Assembly: GCA_950097015.1 (NCBI GenBank)
Contig: CATNEN010000007.1
Coordinates: 10,850,001 to 10,914,000, forward strand
Reading direction: 5' to 3'
From: Macrostomum hystrix
Taxonomy: Eukaryota; Animalia; Platyhelminthes
DNA length: 64,000 nucleotides
The notes under the pieces are model-generated. The model was not told the DNA's origin and searched no databases. It worked only from the letters and a program-made list of their open reading frames with translations. Below are positions 48,137 to 61,848 of this stretch, one piece after another (the first letter of the stretch is position 1; every line of letters starts with the position of its first letter). The position numbers were made by a program, and so were the translations under genes.

Positions 48137-49266
48137 TGCTGTGTGTGCTGCAACATTTGCACAATGATTTTCAAGCATTCAGAGAGCTCTAATACTATTA
48201 TAGTGTCCATAATGTCAGCTTTTGTATGGTTAAAATATAATTGAAAGCATTAGTCAGAAAAATTTATATTTTGAGTGCTTAAGAAGCTTCAAATGAAAGC
48301 ATGATGACAGCTTGCCAAAAATTTGAAACGTTACAGCTAATCTAAGCTAAGTAAGCAGCTGAGCTGTGGTAAAAGCAAAGCGGAAATAGCAGATCTTCTG
48401 TGAATCACTTATCTGTTTACATATTTACTAGACCTAAACAAGTATGTTTAACTAATAGGTACTTTTAAATGAAAGAGAAGTTATGATTCTTTAAAATTGA
48501 CTACCTGGTTTTTTTTAATATAAAACAATATATATAATATATTAACCAGTCCAATACCAAATATACTCTTTTCTCATAGTAGCATTCTGCAATCGCCTAG
48601 TTTGCCATGTTGAATTATAAATTCTGAATACCCAAATTCTAGAATCTGCTTGACTTGACTTGAGATCAGAGAGCCTGCCACTGCTTGCCAGGTACCTTAG
48701 GGGCTCTAAGAGAGCCAACCTCTTCCCCCCAATTTCTATGCCTGCAGTGCACTGCGAGGAAGACCAATCGGTCCCCTGACAAACACCACCTCACTAAAGC
48801 TAGGGGCTAGCAGAATGAGTGATCCCTCTGCTGACTCATTACATCTGCTCAGCACATGACTAGCTCTGAGCTCTGACTGACTCCAAGGATGAGATGACAA
48901 GTCACCACATTTCTTCCTTTCTAATTGGCCATGATTGGGGTATTTGCTCTGGCAATCCAAGAGAACAAAGGTTTGCTCACAGGTATTTTTTTCATGCTTG
49001 TATAAATCCCATAAAAATGAGGACCTAAGAAGCTAAGAAACATTTAATTTTAGATTAAAAGTTGAATTGGAATTCCATGACTGCACTGTCAAGTACCTGC
49101 TTCTCCTACACTCTTACAAAAATACATCTAACTACCCAAGCTATCCAGGAATAGATGATCAAGTCATTCCTTTTTATCCAACCCTTCCCAGCTGTTGCTC
49201 TTGGTCCTACACCATCTGCTCTAGCCAATGCACCCTGTAGCTAAGTCATGTAAGTCAAGTGTGCAG

Positions 49267-52200
49267 CAGCAAGATAGAGCGCAGTTAATTCATGGCTACA
49301 CATCACCTATAGTGTGGATCATGTAGTGTACACCAGCAAGATAGAGCACAGTTAATTCATGACTACACATCACCTATAGTGTGGATCATGTAGTGCACAC
49401 CAGCAAGATAGAGCACAGTTAATTCATGGCTACACATCACCTATAGTGTGGATCATGTAGTGCACACCAGCAAGATAGAGCACAGTTAATTCATGGCTAC
49501 ACATCACCTATAGTGTGGATCATGTAGTGTACACCAGCAAGATAGAGCACAGTTAATTCATGGCTACACATCACCTATAGTGTGGATCATGTAGTGTACA
49601 CCAGCAAGATAGAGCACAGTTAATTCATGACTACACATCACCTATAGTGTGGATCATGTAGTGTACACCGGCAAGATAGAGCACAGTTAATTCATGACTA
49701 CACATCACCTATAGTGTGGATCATGTAGTGTACACCGGCAAGATAGAGCACAGTTAATTCATGACTACACATCACCTATAGTGTGGATCATGTAGTGTAC
49801 ACCGGCAAGATAGAGCACAGTTAATTCATGACTACACATCACCTATAGTGTGGATCATGTAGTGTACACCAGCAAGATAGAGCACAGTTAATTCATGACT
49901 ACACATCACCTATAGTGTGGATCATGTAGTGTACACCGGCAAGATAGAGCACAGTTAATTCATGACTACACATCACCTATAGTGTGGATCATGTAGTGTA
50001 CACCAGCAAGATAGAGCACAGTTAATTCATGGCTACACATCACCTATAGTGTGGATCATGTAGTGTACACCAGCAAGATAGAGCACAGTTAATTCATGAC
50101 TATACATCACCTATAGTGTGGATCATGTAGTGTACACCGGCAAGATAGAGCACAGTTAATTCATGACTACACATCACCTATAGTGTGGATCATGTAGTGT
50201 ACACCGGCAAGATAGAGCACAGTTAATTCATGACTACACATCACCTATAGTGTGGATCATGTAGTGTACACCAGCAAGATAGAGCACAGTTAATTCATGG
50301 CTACACATCACCTATAGTGTGGATCATGTAGTGTACACCAGCAAGATAGAGCACAGTTAATTCATGGCTACACATCACCTATAGTGTGGATCATGTAGTG
50401 TACACCAGCAAGATAGAGCACAGTTAATTCATGGCTACACATCACCTATAGTGTGGATCATGTAGTGTACACCAGCAAGATAGAGCACAGTTAATTCATG
50501 GCTACACATCACCTATAGTGTGGATCATGTAGTGTACACCAGCAAGATAGAGCACAGTTAATTCATGGCTACACATCACCTATAGTGTGGATCATGTAGT
50601 GTACACCAGCAAGATAGAGCACAGTTAATTCATGACTATACATCACCTATAGTGTGGATCATGTAGTGTACACCGGCAAGATAGAGCACAGTTAATTCAT
50701 GACTACACATCACCTATAGTGTGGATCATGTAGTGTACACCGGCAAGATAGAGCACAGTTAATTCATGACTACACATCACCTATAGTGTGGATCATGTAG
50801 TGTACACCAGCAAGATAGAGCACAGTTAATTCATGGCTACACATCACCTATAGTGTGGATCATGTAGTGTACACCAGCAAGATAGAGCACAGTTAATTCA
50901 TGGCTACACATCACCTATAGTGTGGATCATGTAGTGTACACCAGCAAGATAGAGCACAGTTAATTCATGGCTACACATCACCTATAGTGTGGATCATGTA
51001 GTGTACACCAGCAAGATAGAGCACAGTTAATTCATGGCTACACATCACCTATAGTGTGGATCATGTAGTGTACACCAGCAAGATAGAGCACAGTTAATTC
51101 ATGGCTACACATCACCTATAGTGTGGATCATGTAGTGCACACCGGCAAGATAGAGCACAGTTAATTCATGACTACACATCACCTATAGTGTGGATCATGT
51201 AGTGTACACCAGCAAGATAGAGCACAGTTAATTCATGGCTACACATCACCTATAGTGTGGATCATGTAGTGCACACTGGCAAGATAGAGCACAGTTAATT
51301 CATGACTACACATCACCTATAGTGTGGATCATGTAGTGTACACCGGCAAGATAGAGCACAGTTAATTCATGACTATACATCACCTATAGTGTGGATCATG
51401 TAGTGCACACCAGCAAGATAGAGCAGAGTTAATTCATGGCTACACATCACCTATAGTGTGGATCATGTAGTGCACACCAGCAAGATAGAGCACAGTTAAT
51501 TCATGGCTACACATCACCTATAGTGTGGATCATGTAGTGCACACCAGCAAGATAGAGCACAGTTAATTCATGGCTACACATCAACTGTAGTGTGGATCAT
51601 GTAGTGCACACCAGCAAGATAGAGCACAGTTAATTCATGGCTACACATCAACTGTAGTGTGGATCATGTAGTGTACACCAGCAAGATAGAGCACAGTTAA
51701 TTCATGGCTACACATCAACTGTAGTGTGGATCATGTAGTGTACACCAGCAAGATAGAGCACAGTTAATTCATGACTACACATCACCTATAGTGTGGATCA
51801 TGTAGTGTACACCAGCAAGATAGAGCACAGTTAATTCATGGCTACACATCACCTATAGTGTGGATCATGTAGTGTACACCAGCAAGATAGAGCACAGTTA
51901 ATTCATGGCTACACATCACCTATAGTGTGGATCATGTAGTGTACACCGGCAAGATAGAGCACAGTTAATTCATGACTATACATCACCTATAGTGTGGATC
52001 ATGTAGTGCACACCAGCAAGATAGAGCAGAGTTAATTCATGGCTACACATCACCTATAGTGTGGATCATGTAGTGCACACCAGCAAGATAGAGCACAGTT
52101 AATTCATGGCTACACATCACCTATAGTGTGGATCATGTAGTGCACACCAGCAAGATAGAGCACAGTTAATTCATGGCTACACATCAACTGTAGTGTGGAT

Positions 52201-52820
52201 CATGTAGTGCACACCAGCAAGATAGAGCACAGTTAATTCATGGCTACACATCAACTGTAGTGTGGATCATGTAGTGCACACCAGCAAGATAGAGCACAGT
52301 TAATTCATGGCTACACATCACCTATAGTGTGGATCATGTAGTGCACACCAGCAAGATAGAGCACAGTTAATTCATGGCTACACATCAACTGTAGTGTGGA
52401 TCATGTAGTGCACACCAGCAAGATAGAGCACAGTTAATTCATGGCTACACATCAACTGTAGTGTGGATCATGTAGTGCACACCAGCAAGATAGAGCAGAG
52501 TTAATTCATGACTACACATCACCTATAGTGTGGATCATGTAGTGTACACCAGCAAGATAGAGCACAGTTAATTCATGGCTACACATCACCTATAGTGTGG
52601 ATCATGTAGTGTACACCGGCAAGATAGAGCACAGTTAATTCATGACTACGCATCACCTATAGTGTGGATCATGTAGTGTACACCAGCAAGATAGAGCACA
52701 GTTAATTCATGGCTACACATCACCTATAGTGTGGATCATGTAGTGTACACCAGCAAGATAGAGCATAGTTAATTCATGGCTACACATCAACTGTAGTGTG
52801 GATCATGTAGTGCACACCAG
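49267..52820. repeat. 67-bp satellite array, ~53 copies
   Basis: Unit CAGCAAGATAGAGCACAGTTAATTCATGGCTACACATCACCTATAGTGTGGATCATGTAGTGTACAC with a few recurrent variant sites. Confidence 0.97.
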
Positions 52821-53700
52821 AAAATTACATTGGCATGCAAATAAGTGTGTTGTGGCATGTGGTATGCAAAGTTGAAGTGCTGGTATGCATTGGTGTGGCA
52901 TTGCTATGTCAGTATCAATTTACAACTTAATATAGTTATGTCTGTGCAGAAAAGTGACTCAAAAATTGTTGCCAAAATATTTTTTTTAATGATTTTTCAG
53001 TTTCTAGTTTCTAGTTATTTCTAGTTTCAAGTTATTTATCATCATTGCTTCTTAAATGCATGTGTATTTTTTGTTTGTTAAAACATCCAATTATTTATCC
53101 TCCAAATGAGTTCATGATTTGAATGTTACATTCTGCCATTAAATATCTGCCCTGGCCCAAGCTTTTTTACTTATACCTTTAACCACGAGAAGACTGATGG
53201 TAAGCAGTGCTTACCAAGCAGTCGGAAACAGACAAATGATGGATTCTGGTTAGGCAGGAAGAGGTTAAACTCATAGCTGCTACTAAAAATCCTAAAATAA
53301 CTGTCTTAAATATATTAACTTTAACTAGCACTGGCTATTAAATAGAGGAAATGGAATCAGGATGATGATATTAATGATATTGATATTGATAGATTTGGTA
53401 GTGAAATAGATAAGCATGAGTCTAATTCTGATTCATAAAAATTGGACTATTAATTTTGAGTCTATGTCTGTCTATCTGTGGTTGTAGTTTTCTTGGGTTT
53501 CAACTTTTCACTATTGGGATGCTTCAGCTTATTCTCAGCCTGCCTGCATTCTTGGTATTTGCTTTGAGGCATTCTGGCATATGGCCAACATGATCAACAT
53601 AGCACATCACCATGCCCTACTTACAAGACACAAAGCAAGACAGAAAGCTCTTGTAGGTTAGCTTTTTGAGAGCAGCTATCTTATTGTTACCTAGCTATTA

Positions 53701-54010
53701 AGAGGTTGTAGCCTAGTGGTTAGGGCATTGGACTCATGACTTGAAGGTCAGGGGTTTGATTCCTGACCCCACTGGAACAATTTGTGTCCTTTAGCAAGAC
53801 ACTTAACTCTGCATTGCTTCAGTTCACCCAGCTGTTAAATGGGTACCAGCATCAGCTGGGATAATTGAAGGTGGGTGTGGCGTCCCCCCAGTCCATGGAC
53901 TGAATAGCTATACGCAGCCTTCAGATGCGCCGCGCATTAGCTGCGGCTGTGCTGTCGGCTGCACATCTGACCCAATTGGGGCAGGTGTAATCAATTAATT
54001 AATTATTATT
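53701..54010 (+). mobile_element. Full-length tRNA-derived SINE with CORE-like central domain
   Basis: A box TAGCCTAGTGG (53709-53719), B box GGTTTGATTCC (~53753). GTGTCCTTTAGCAAGACACTTAACTC...GTTAAATGGGTACC resembles CORE-type SINE bodies. (AATT/ATT)n tail. Confidence 0.75.
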
Positions 54011-54887
54011 AGCTATTCAATTGTATCTACCTTTGTGCATGTAGCTTGCCAATATGCCATATCGAATAACAATGTTGCATTTCCCTATATACTGGGAGAC
54101 TCACTTTTTATTGTGACAAAGAAACAGTTTTAACTTTTATAGTGTGACCTTAAAGCTAGCATTAAAATCAAACTATTTTTCCTGCTAAGAATAATTGAAT
54201 ATAATAAACTAGGGGATTGCCAAGTGTATCGTTAGTAAATAAAATTAGCTAGGGCCTATTTCAGCAAATATGACAAAGAAAATATGAAATTAGTGTTTTG
54301 GAGGCTGAAGTCTGTTATAAAAAGAAATCTAACATTCAAAGATACAGAAAGTTCAAGGCCATGGGCATGGGTGTTTTGGTTATTAACTATTGTAAAACTA
54401 TAAACCAAAAAGCAGTGCTTATTGGCACAGTCCTTTGCTAATAGTGCCAACTTTATCTACATGGATCCATGCCAATATGCCCACCTTATACATATGCAGA
54501 TATGGCAGCTTGTTGGAATAGGCTGGAAGACTGGAAGATCGGCTAACTTTTTAATTATTATACTAATTTCAACAGATTTGTACATATTTTTTGTTCTGTG
54601 TGAATGAAAGGAAAGGTCCACTTGCTGCTCAAATATACCATAGGCCTACTTGTTTATATATATAACAGGCTGTCTGTGATATCTTATAATTTCTTTCATG
54701 CGACTATTTGATAGTATATACTTTCTGTTCCTATAAAATTCGTACTCATAGCAGAAGATTATGTTTTAATTGTATTTATGGCAGACGAGTTTGTACAAAG
54801 CTTCTTTTAAAGACAAGTTGATAGCAGTCGAGATGGCGCCAGACGAAAATACCAAAAACCATTGGCACAGATCCATGTGGACGAAGG

Positions 54888-56090
54888 GGTTGACGGTCGT
54901 TTCATCTGACGCAATTTCGTCTGCCACCTGTTCGTCTGCCCATATACAATATAGTCGTTTCGTCTGCCATGTCAGCCGTGTTGACGACTCTTAGGCTACA
55001 TTGAACATGCGTGATGATCGCCTAATAGGCAACTCTGAACATGTTCTTTGTTCTGAGAACATGTTCTTTTAAATTAATACTTAAGGCTACTTAATGTAAA
55101 AAATATACTATAGATGTACATAAAGAAAAAGCGATGGCCTTTACAGGCCAAAAAAGAAGACATAATGGTAAAGATATCTGGGGCTTGTAATGTCTGTAAT
55201 TTACTGTAAAGTCTGTAAAATCTGCATACCAGCATTTAGCCTAAATATGAGCCACCAATATATATTTTTTCAACAGTGCATCGCGTGTTCAGTACCTAGC
55301 GGTATTTAATATACATAAGTAGCCTTATTAATTTAAAAGAACATGTACTCGGAACAAAGAACATGTTCGGAGTTGCCCAATATGCGACCTTCGTGCATGT
55401 TCGATTACCGTTTCTTAGACAACTCTGTCCAACTCTGACAACTCGTTTCTTAGATCTCTGTCAACACTGGTGGCCATGTATATAAAGTATCAGTGAATAT
55501 TTGCCAATGATCTGAAACATCTTCAACAGTATGTAATTGTTAATGCCAATGAATTTTAAGTTGAAAATTTGAACTATTACATATAGAAGCAACAATTTGG
55601 CCTGTTTTGTTTTTCTGTAACAAATTGACGAAATCTGAACGAAAGACCCATATATATGTTTAAATTAGGCATAAAAGTGTAAATCCACGCAGAAATCCGC
55701 ATTTAATAAATATAAAAGGCACAAAGTGTAAAGGCATACTGTATATGGCATGGTGTCTAGGTCGTACAGTCTGTTTAAAAATTTCGCATGCGTCCATGGT
55801 GATAAGATATACCTCGTACGTCATTTGAAAAGAACTTTAAAACGGTGCATCGAAAGTATCGGATTATATCAGATTGTTGTATTTCGTAGAAATTTAAATA
55901 ACATCAAAACGTAAAAATATAAATACAAAAATATACTTAAAACTTGTATATACTGATTTATTTTGATACCTTAAGTTAAAGTTAAATATAAAGAAAGGAA
56001 GTTTATTTCTGAACACTATGGAAAATGGTCGTTTCGTCTGCAAAAATACTACGGCAGACGAAATGACGGCAGACGAAACGACCGCACACC
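54888..56090. mobile_element. Non-autonomous DNA transposon with GG termini and TTTCGTCTGCC subrepeats; ~8-bp TSD
   Basis: Left GGTTGACGGTCGTTTCATCTGACGCAATTTCGTCTGCC vs right reverse complement GGTGTGCGGTCGTTTCGTCTGCCGTCATTTCGTCTGCC. Flanks GACGAAGG / AACGAAGG (7/8). Confidence 0.7.
55003..55402. mobile_element. Nested MITE with ~115-bp imperfect TIRs
   Basis: GAACATGCG...GGCAACTCTGAACATGTTCTTTGTTC...TTTTAAATTAATA...AAGGCTACTT is mirrored at ~55290-55402. Confidence 0.7.
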
Positions 56091-56476
56091 AACGAAGGCG
56101 GCACTATTCGCACGGGACCATGCCGATAAGCACTGCCAAACCAGAGTACTTGTAGACAATTTTATACTATAGCATTGACAGTTTACTTCTGAATGGTTTT
56201 GAAAGCAAATTGATGTTTCTTAAATTTTATTGCCTTTTTACAAGATAGATTTCATTGAAAATGTCAAATATAAAAATTCTAGGAAATATTTATACTGATC
56301 TGTCCTGCACTTTAACAACTGCACAGCAATATTGAAAAATCAATTTTGTATTTTTTTTTGTTTTCATTAATTTGAACTTAATTTAATAAGTTTAATTAAA
56401 AGATACGAAATTATTTAAATTGACTATGTTCAATTGTTTTTGTTTAATATCTTGTTGCTCGACGATGAAGCTATAC

Positions 56477-57255
56477 CAGTAGCGTAGCTAGGGGGGATAC
56501 GGGGATATATCCCCTCCCATTTCGCCGACCGAACCTGATTGGGGGGGTAGCGGAAATGCAGAAACGCAGCAGCTGTTGTTTAGTTCGTATAGTTGTGTGG
56601 GCAGGAGGCAGTGCTGCCACTCAAACCCGGAAATTTTGCGCAGGCCCTGCAACGTCTGCGCAAATTTTCCGGGTTTGAGTGGCAGCACGGGCTGGAAGCC
56701 CGGGGCCGGGGGTTACACTTAGAGCCTTGCGGCTTCGTGCACTCAGTTTACTTTATTCTATACGACTTACAGGTTTACCGTGTCCGTACGTACGTCCCAA
56801 CTCCCAAAATCCTAAGAGTTGTAACCTAATACGTAGCTAGCTAGTTTATTTTACAACTTTACATTCAATTAAAATAAATATATATTTTCCTAGAAATAAA
56901 AAGCACAATGTTAAACATTGTTTCCTTTGTCTGAAAGATGGCGAGCAGCTTCAGCAAAGCAATCAACAACCTGTTGAATCTGCTGAACAGCCACCTGAAT
57001 TAGAATGGTTTCCATTCCATTCCGACTTCCGATTTTCGTCTCGTCACAATGTGTCTGATCTCTGATGTCTATTATCGTTGTCTTTGTTTGTTCTTTGCTT
57101 GCTAGCATGCCCTTTGGTTGTACTTGTTGCAGCCTTTTTTATTTGCAACAGATACAGACAACAGGTCAACCAAAAATAAGGTTCATTTACTTCTGCCCCC
57201 ATTCCGGTACCGGTATCGTATCCCCTCCCATTTCAAAATCCTAGCTACGCCACTG
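56477..57255. mobile_element. hAT-type non-autonomous element with internal hairpin
   Basis: TIRs CAGTAGCGTAGCTAGG / CCTAGCTACGCCACTG. TSD AGCTATAC / AGTTATAC (7/8). Confidence 0.8.
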
Positions 57256-58658
57256 AGTTATACGTTCTTAATTGTTAATGTCAGTAGTTTAAAAATAATA
57301 ATTACAAGTATATACATATTAGTTTACATTTTTGTATACTTGATCAGATCAGAGGAAAATCGACAGAAGACCCAGTTTCACGACATGTAATTCAATTGCA
57401 ACTGCTGCCTGAATTTTTTTCATAGCTCTTCTATCTCGCTATATTGCATTAACACATCTGCGTCGTTCTCCGATGCATCCGATGCACAAGGAAGCATTTT
57501 GAGAAAGCGAATTCGGTCTTCCGAAAATATGGACTTGTTATAAGATAATAATTAGTCTCATTTCAACAAACTCGTATTTCGAGACATCTTATACCTAAAT
57601 AATGCACCAAGGACCACTAAGACAAAAGTGAACGGAGTGTGTGTTGCAACTTTACATTAGTGATCATTGCCATTTTCGTGGACACGAATAGATATAAATA
57701 TGAGATAACCATAACTTGGCAATAACTAACTAGGCTGCCTAACTAGACCGCCTATACGACAACTAGGGGGTGGAAATCAGTGAAAAATAAACCTAACGGC
57801 GAGTTATCCACCTTAATCCATTCACAGCGCGGCTCCAGTTTTCCCCATTTTTCTAAGGTCTCGCATCAGTGTGTTCCATTTCCACTGAAGGAAAAACTTC
57901 GTGGAAACAGATGCAGTTTTGCAAAGCAAGTTGAATAAGATCTGACTGAAGAGTTATTCGGACAGTTTGAAATCCATGTGGTGCAGCTACAGACAGCGAA
58001 TGCGTAGCTGGTATACTGTACAGCCGATACCCGGTGCTCGAACTCAGTTGAGCAGGTTGCTAGCTATATAGGTGCCTAATTGAACAAGGCATCAAATTAG
58101 GTAAACAGACAAAATATTGGCTTTACGAGGGCGGCAACTGAGCTGTCTCGGATCGAATTATACAATGTACATATTTTATAGTGCTTAAGCCAAAAAGAGT
58201 AAGAGTCCTACAAGTGCAAACTATTTTAGCGCCAAGAAGGCAGGTGCTTTCAGAATATGCATTTTTTATTGAATTTTCTTGTCCTTTTTGTACTCGACAG
58301 TGCACGCATCGCAGCAGAATAAAAGGGCCGAGATTTTAAAGGCTGAAGTAAAATGGAACAGCGCAGTAAAATATGGGCGGCAGCGCGTCATGGGTGCAGC
58401 TGGGAGGGGGTGGTCATAAAAGAAAAAAAAGTGCAACATCGTTTAAGTCGGGGAGTCACTGCGGTGAGCAACTGTAAAAAGTAAGTACAAGTATACAGCG
58501 GTACACTACGGAGAACAGACAAAACAAAAGTACATCTCTAAGTAGCTTCGAAAAAAATATTTTAGGGCTCTGGCAAAAAAAGAAACATTTGAAAGAATTT
58601 TTATCTGACTCGTGCTTAAATTCACACCTGGCTGATGCCAAGAAAGGCAAGCGATTAA

Positions 58659-59985
58659 GTGTGCTCAAGAACCATGCTACAGTGTGCTAAAGAACCATGC
58701 TACAGTGTGCTCAAGAACCATGCTACAGTGTGCTCAAGAACCATGCTACAGTGTGCTCAAAAACCATGCTACAGTGTGCTCAAGAACCATGCTACAGTGT
58801 GCTCAAAAACCATGCTACAGTGTGCTAAAGAACCATGCTACAGTGTGCTCAAGAACCATGCTACAGTGTGCTAAAGAACCATGCTACAGTGTGCTAAAGA
58901 ACCATGCTACAGTGTGCTAAAGAACCATGCTACAGTGTGCTAAAGAACCATGCTACAGTGTGCTCAAAAACCATGCTACAGTGTGCTCAAGAACCATGCT
59001 ACAGTGTGCTCAAGAACCATGCTACAGTGTGCTAAAGAACCATGCTACAGTGTGCTCAAAAACCATGCTACAGTGTGCTCAAAAACCATGCTACAGTGTG
59101 CTCAAGAACCATGCTACAGTGTGCTCAAGAACCATGCTACAGTGTGCTAAAGAACCATGCTACAGTGTGCTCAAAAACCATGCTACAGTGTGCTCAAGAA
59201 CCATGCTACAGTGTGCTAAAGAACCATGCTACAGTGTGCTAAAGAACCATGCTACAGTGTGCTCAAGAACCATGCTACAGTGTGCTAAAGAACCATGCTA
59301 CAGTGTGCTCAAGAACCATGCTACAGTGTGCTAAAGAACCATGCTACAGTGTGCTCAAGAACCATGCTACAGTGTGCTCAAAAACCATGCTACAGTGTGC
59401 TAAAGAACCATGCTACAGTGTGCTAAAGAACCATGCTACAGTGTGCTAAAGAACCATGCTACAGTGTGCTAAAGAACCAAGCTACAGTGTGCTCAAGAAC
59501 CATGCTACAGTGTGCTCAAGAACCATGCTACAGTGTGCTCAAGAACCATGCTACAGTGTGCTCAAAAACCATGCTACAGTGTGCTAAAGAACCATGCTAC
59601 AGTGTGCTTAAGAACCATGCTACAGTGTGCTCAAGAACCATGCTACAGTGTGCTAAAGAACCATGCTACAGTATGCTCAAGAACCATGCTACAGTGTGCT
59701 CAAGAACCATGCTACAGTGTGCTCAAAAACCATTACAGTGTGCTCAAAAACCATGCTACAGTGTGCTCAAGAACCATGCTACAGTGTGCTAAAGAACCAT
59801 TACAGTGTGCTCAAGAACCATGCTACAGTGTGCTCAAGAACCATTACAGTGTGCTCAAGAACCATTACAGTGTGCTCAAGAACCATGCTACAGTATGCTC
59901 AAGAACCATTACAGTGTGCTCAAGAACCATGCTACAGTTTGCTAAAGAACCATGCTACAGTGTGCTCAAGAACTATGCTAACAGT
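58659..59985. repeat. ~23-bp minisatellite, ~58 copies, starting ~12 bp beyond the ARHGAP19 stop codon
   Basis: Unit GTGTGCT(C)AAGAACCATGCTACA with 21-23-bp variants. Confidence 0.96.
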
Positions 59986-59996
59986 TCTGAAGCTGC

Positions 59997-61848
59997 TCAG
60001 GGCCTCGGCCGGCAGGGCGGCTTCGCCAGGCCGCCGTTGCAGCGGTTAAAGCGGCGGATGAGGCGGCGCTTGCGCCCAGACTCCGGCAAGCAGTGCACTG
60101 CAGCATACAGGCCCGCCAGCTGCTCCCGGGTGAAGCCGGCTGGGTCCGGGCAATCCGGGCAATCGGCGAACCGCAGCGACAGGCGGACTTCATCCGTGCC
60201 ATGGCAGCGACCAAGACGCAGGCGGGCGAGGGCACGGGCTGCGTCGATGCCGAGACTCTCCGGAATCTGTGAAGGAGACAGGCGAGTTTGGAGCCGATGC
60301 GGAATAGAGTTTAGAGGGCTGGAGAGGAGTCAGTTAGACGAGTTGATTGAATCAGTGGTCAATGTCATCAGTGGGCAATAGGCTCTCATGTACACTGTGT
60401 CACTCGCCAGACCCGGCTCACCTCCAGTAACGCTGGCCCGAGCTGCACCAGGCGGGCCGCCGCGGAGTTGAGGCCGACCGCCCGAGAACAGATGAGATCG
60501 GCCATCCAGCCGCAGGCGGGCGGGTACATGAGGGCGGGGCCCATCACGGTGCCCAGGGCTTCCGAGCACATGCGGCTCTCGGGGTCGCCGGCCAGGCAGT
60601 GCAGCAGGCAGAGAAGCCTGGCGAGCAGGCAGCGGCGCCTGGCAGGCAGCAGCTGCAGGAGCAGCCGGAGTCCGCGCAGCTGCCTGGCAGCCGCCAGCGG
60701 CTGGTCCGGGTGCGAAGGCGGCGCTGCGAGACGCTGGAAGTAGGGCAGCAGCCGATGGGTCAGCAGCGGCTCAGTCAGGTCAGCCAAACAGCTCTTTAGG
60801 GCGCCCGCGGTTTCGTGACAGCTGAAAGCGGCGGGGTCGACCAGGCGGCCGTCGCGGATGGAGTCGCGGAGCTGCCGCTGTCGCAGCAGGGAGCCGGCCT
60901 TGCGGAACAGGCCCTCCCGGGACTGGCCGCCCTGCAGCTGCCTGGAAAGCAGCGAGAGAAGCGCCTCCGCCTGCCACAGCTGCGTGGTGTCATCTGGCTG
61001 CGGTGGGACCTCTGCGGTGTTGGTGAAGGACGGAATCGGTGTGGTAATCGGTGTGGTAATCGGTGTGGTAATCGGTGTGGTAATCGGTGTGGTAATCGGT
61101 GTGGTAATCGGTGTGGTAATCGGTGTGGTAATCGGTGTGGTAATCGGTGTGGCAATCGGTGTTGTATTCGGTGTGGAACATTGTATAAATGAAGATCAAG
61201 GAAGTTTATCATGAGAAGTATTAGATTAGATTAGAGTGACTTGAGATCGCGTCTGATTTACTGTCTATGAAATGAAAAGTACAGGTGCGCCAACCAGCAG
61301 AAAGGCTGTTAGGGCTTACCCATCGAATCGGCAGTCGGGCGGCTCCAGAGCCCGAAGCCCAGCCAGCGGGTGAGTGAGGCCGTGGACTTGTTTGCAAGGC
61401 CATCCGGATGTCCGGCAAGCCGCGGGCCCGCGCAGGAAGTTTCGTCTTCCAAAAAGTCGGCCGGCACGTCAGTGATAAAGGACAGGTGCACCTTGCACAG
61501 CTCGGCGAACTGCCTGGGGTGCTCTGAGCGCAGCTGCTCGAAGCTGTGCCTGAGGCTGGGATTCGTCAGCGGCTGGTTCAGACTGGCCATGTGCTGCAGC
61601 AGCAGGGCCTGGCGAGTGCCGGGCAGGATCATTGTGAGTGACGCATTAAGTATTGTGAGAGACTGGGGAAGAGAGACTGGGGAAGAGAGGCTGGGGAAGA
61701 GAGGCTGGGGAAGAGAGGCTGGGGAAGAGAGGCTGGGGAAGAGGGATGAAAATTGTTTGATTTCGGCGATAAAAACAGCCAGAAGCCATACCTCTGTTCT
61801 GACCTCTGTCGCTGACAGCAGGCGCTCTTCTACAGCGTCAACATCCAT
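59997..61848 (-). CDS. ARHGAP19: Rho GTPase-activating protein 19-like; exons 61848-61792, 61608-61320, 61011-60422, 60266-59997
   Basis: EQLRSEHPRQFAELCKVHLSFITDVP N-terminal block. RhoGAP domain with Arg finger EGLFRKAG, AGALKSCLADLTEPLLT, LLLQLLP and RMCSEALGTVMGP. C-terminal TREQLAGLYAAVHCLPESGRKRRLIRRFN is typical of ARHGAP19. Confidence 0.8.
61034..61177. repeat. 12-bp intronic repeat, ~12 copies
   Basis: Unit AATCGGTGTGGT. Confidence 0.92.
61660..61745. repeat. 14-16-bp purine-rich intronic repeat, ~6 copies
   Basis: CTGGGGAAGAGAGG. Confidence 0.85.

Noticed and set aside
56911-57108. 65-aa ORF with faint resemblance to a hAT transposase C-terminus
   Set aside because: Too short and divergent to call without a profile search
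58659-60381. Many overlapping ORFs, including a 289-aa one
   Set aside because: A 23-bp minisatellite fused to the antisense strand of the ARHGAP19 last exon
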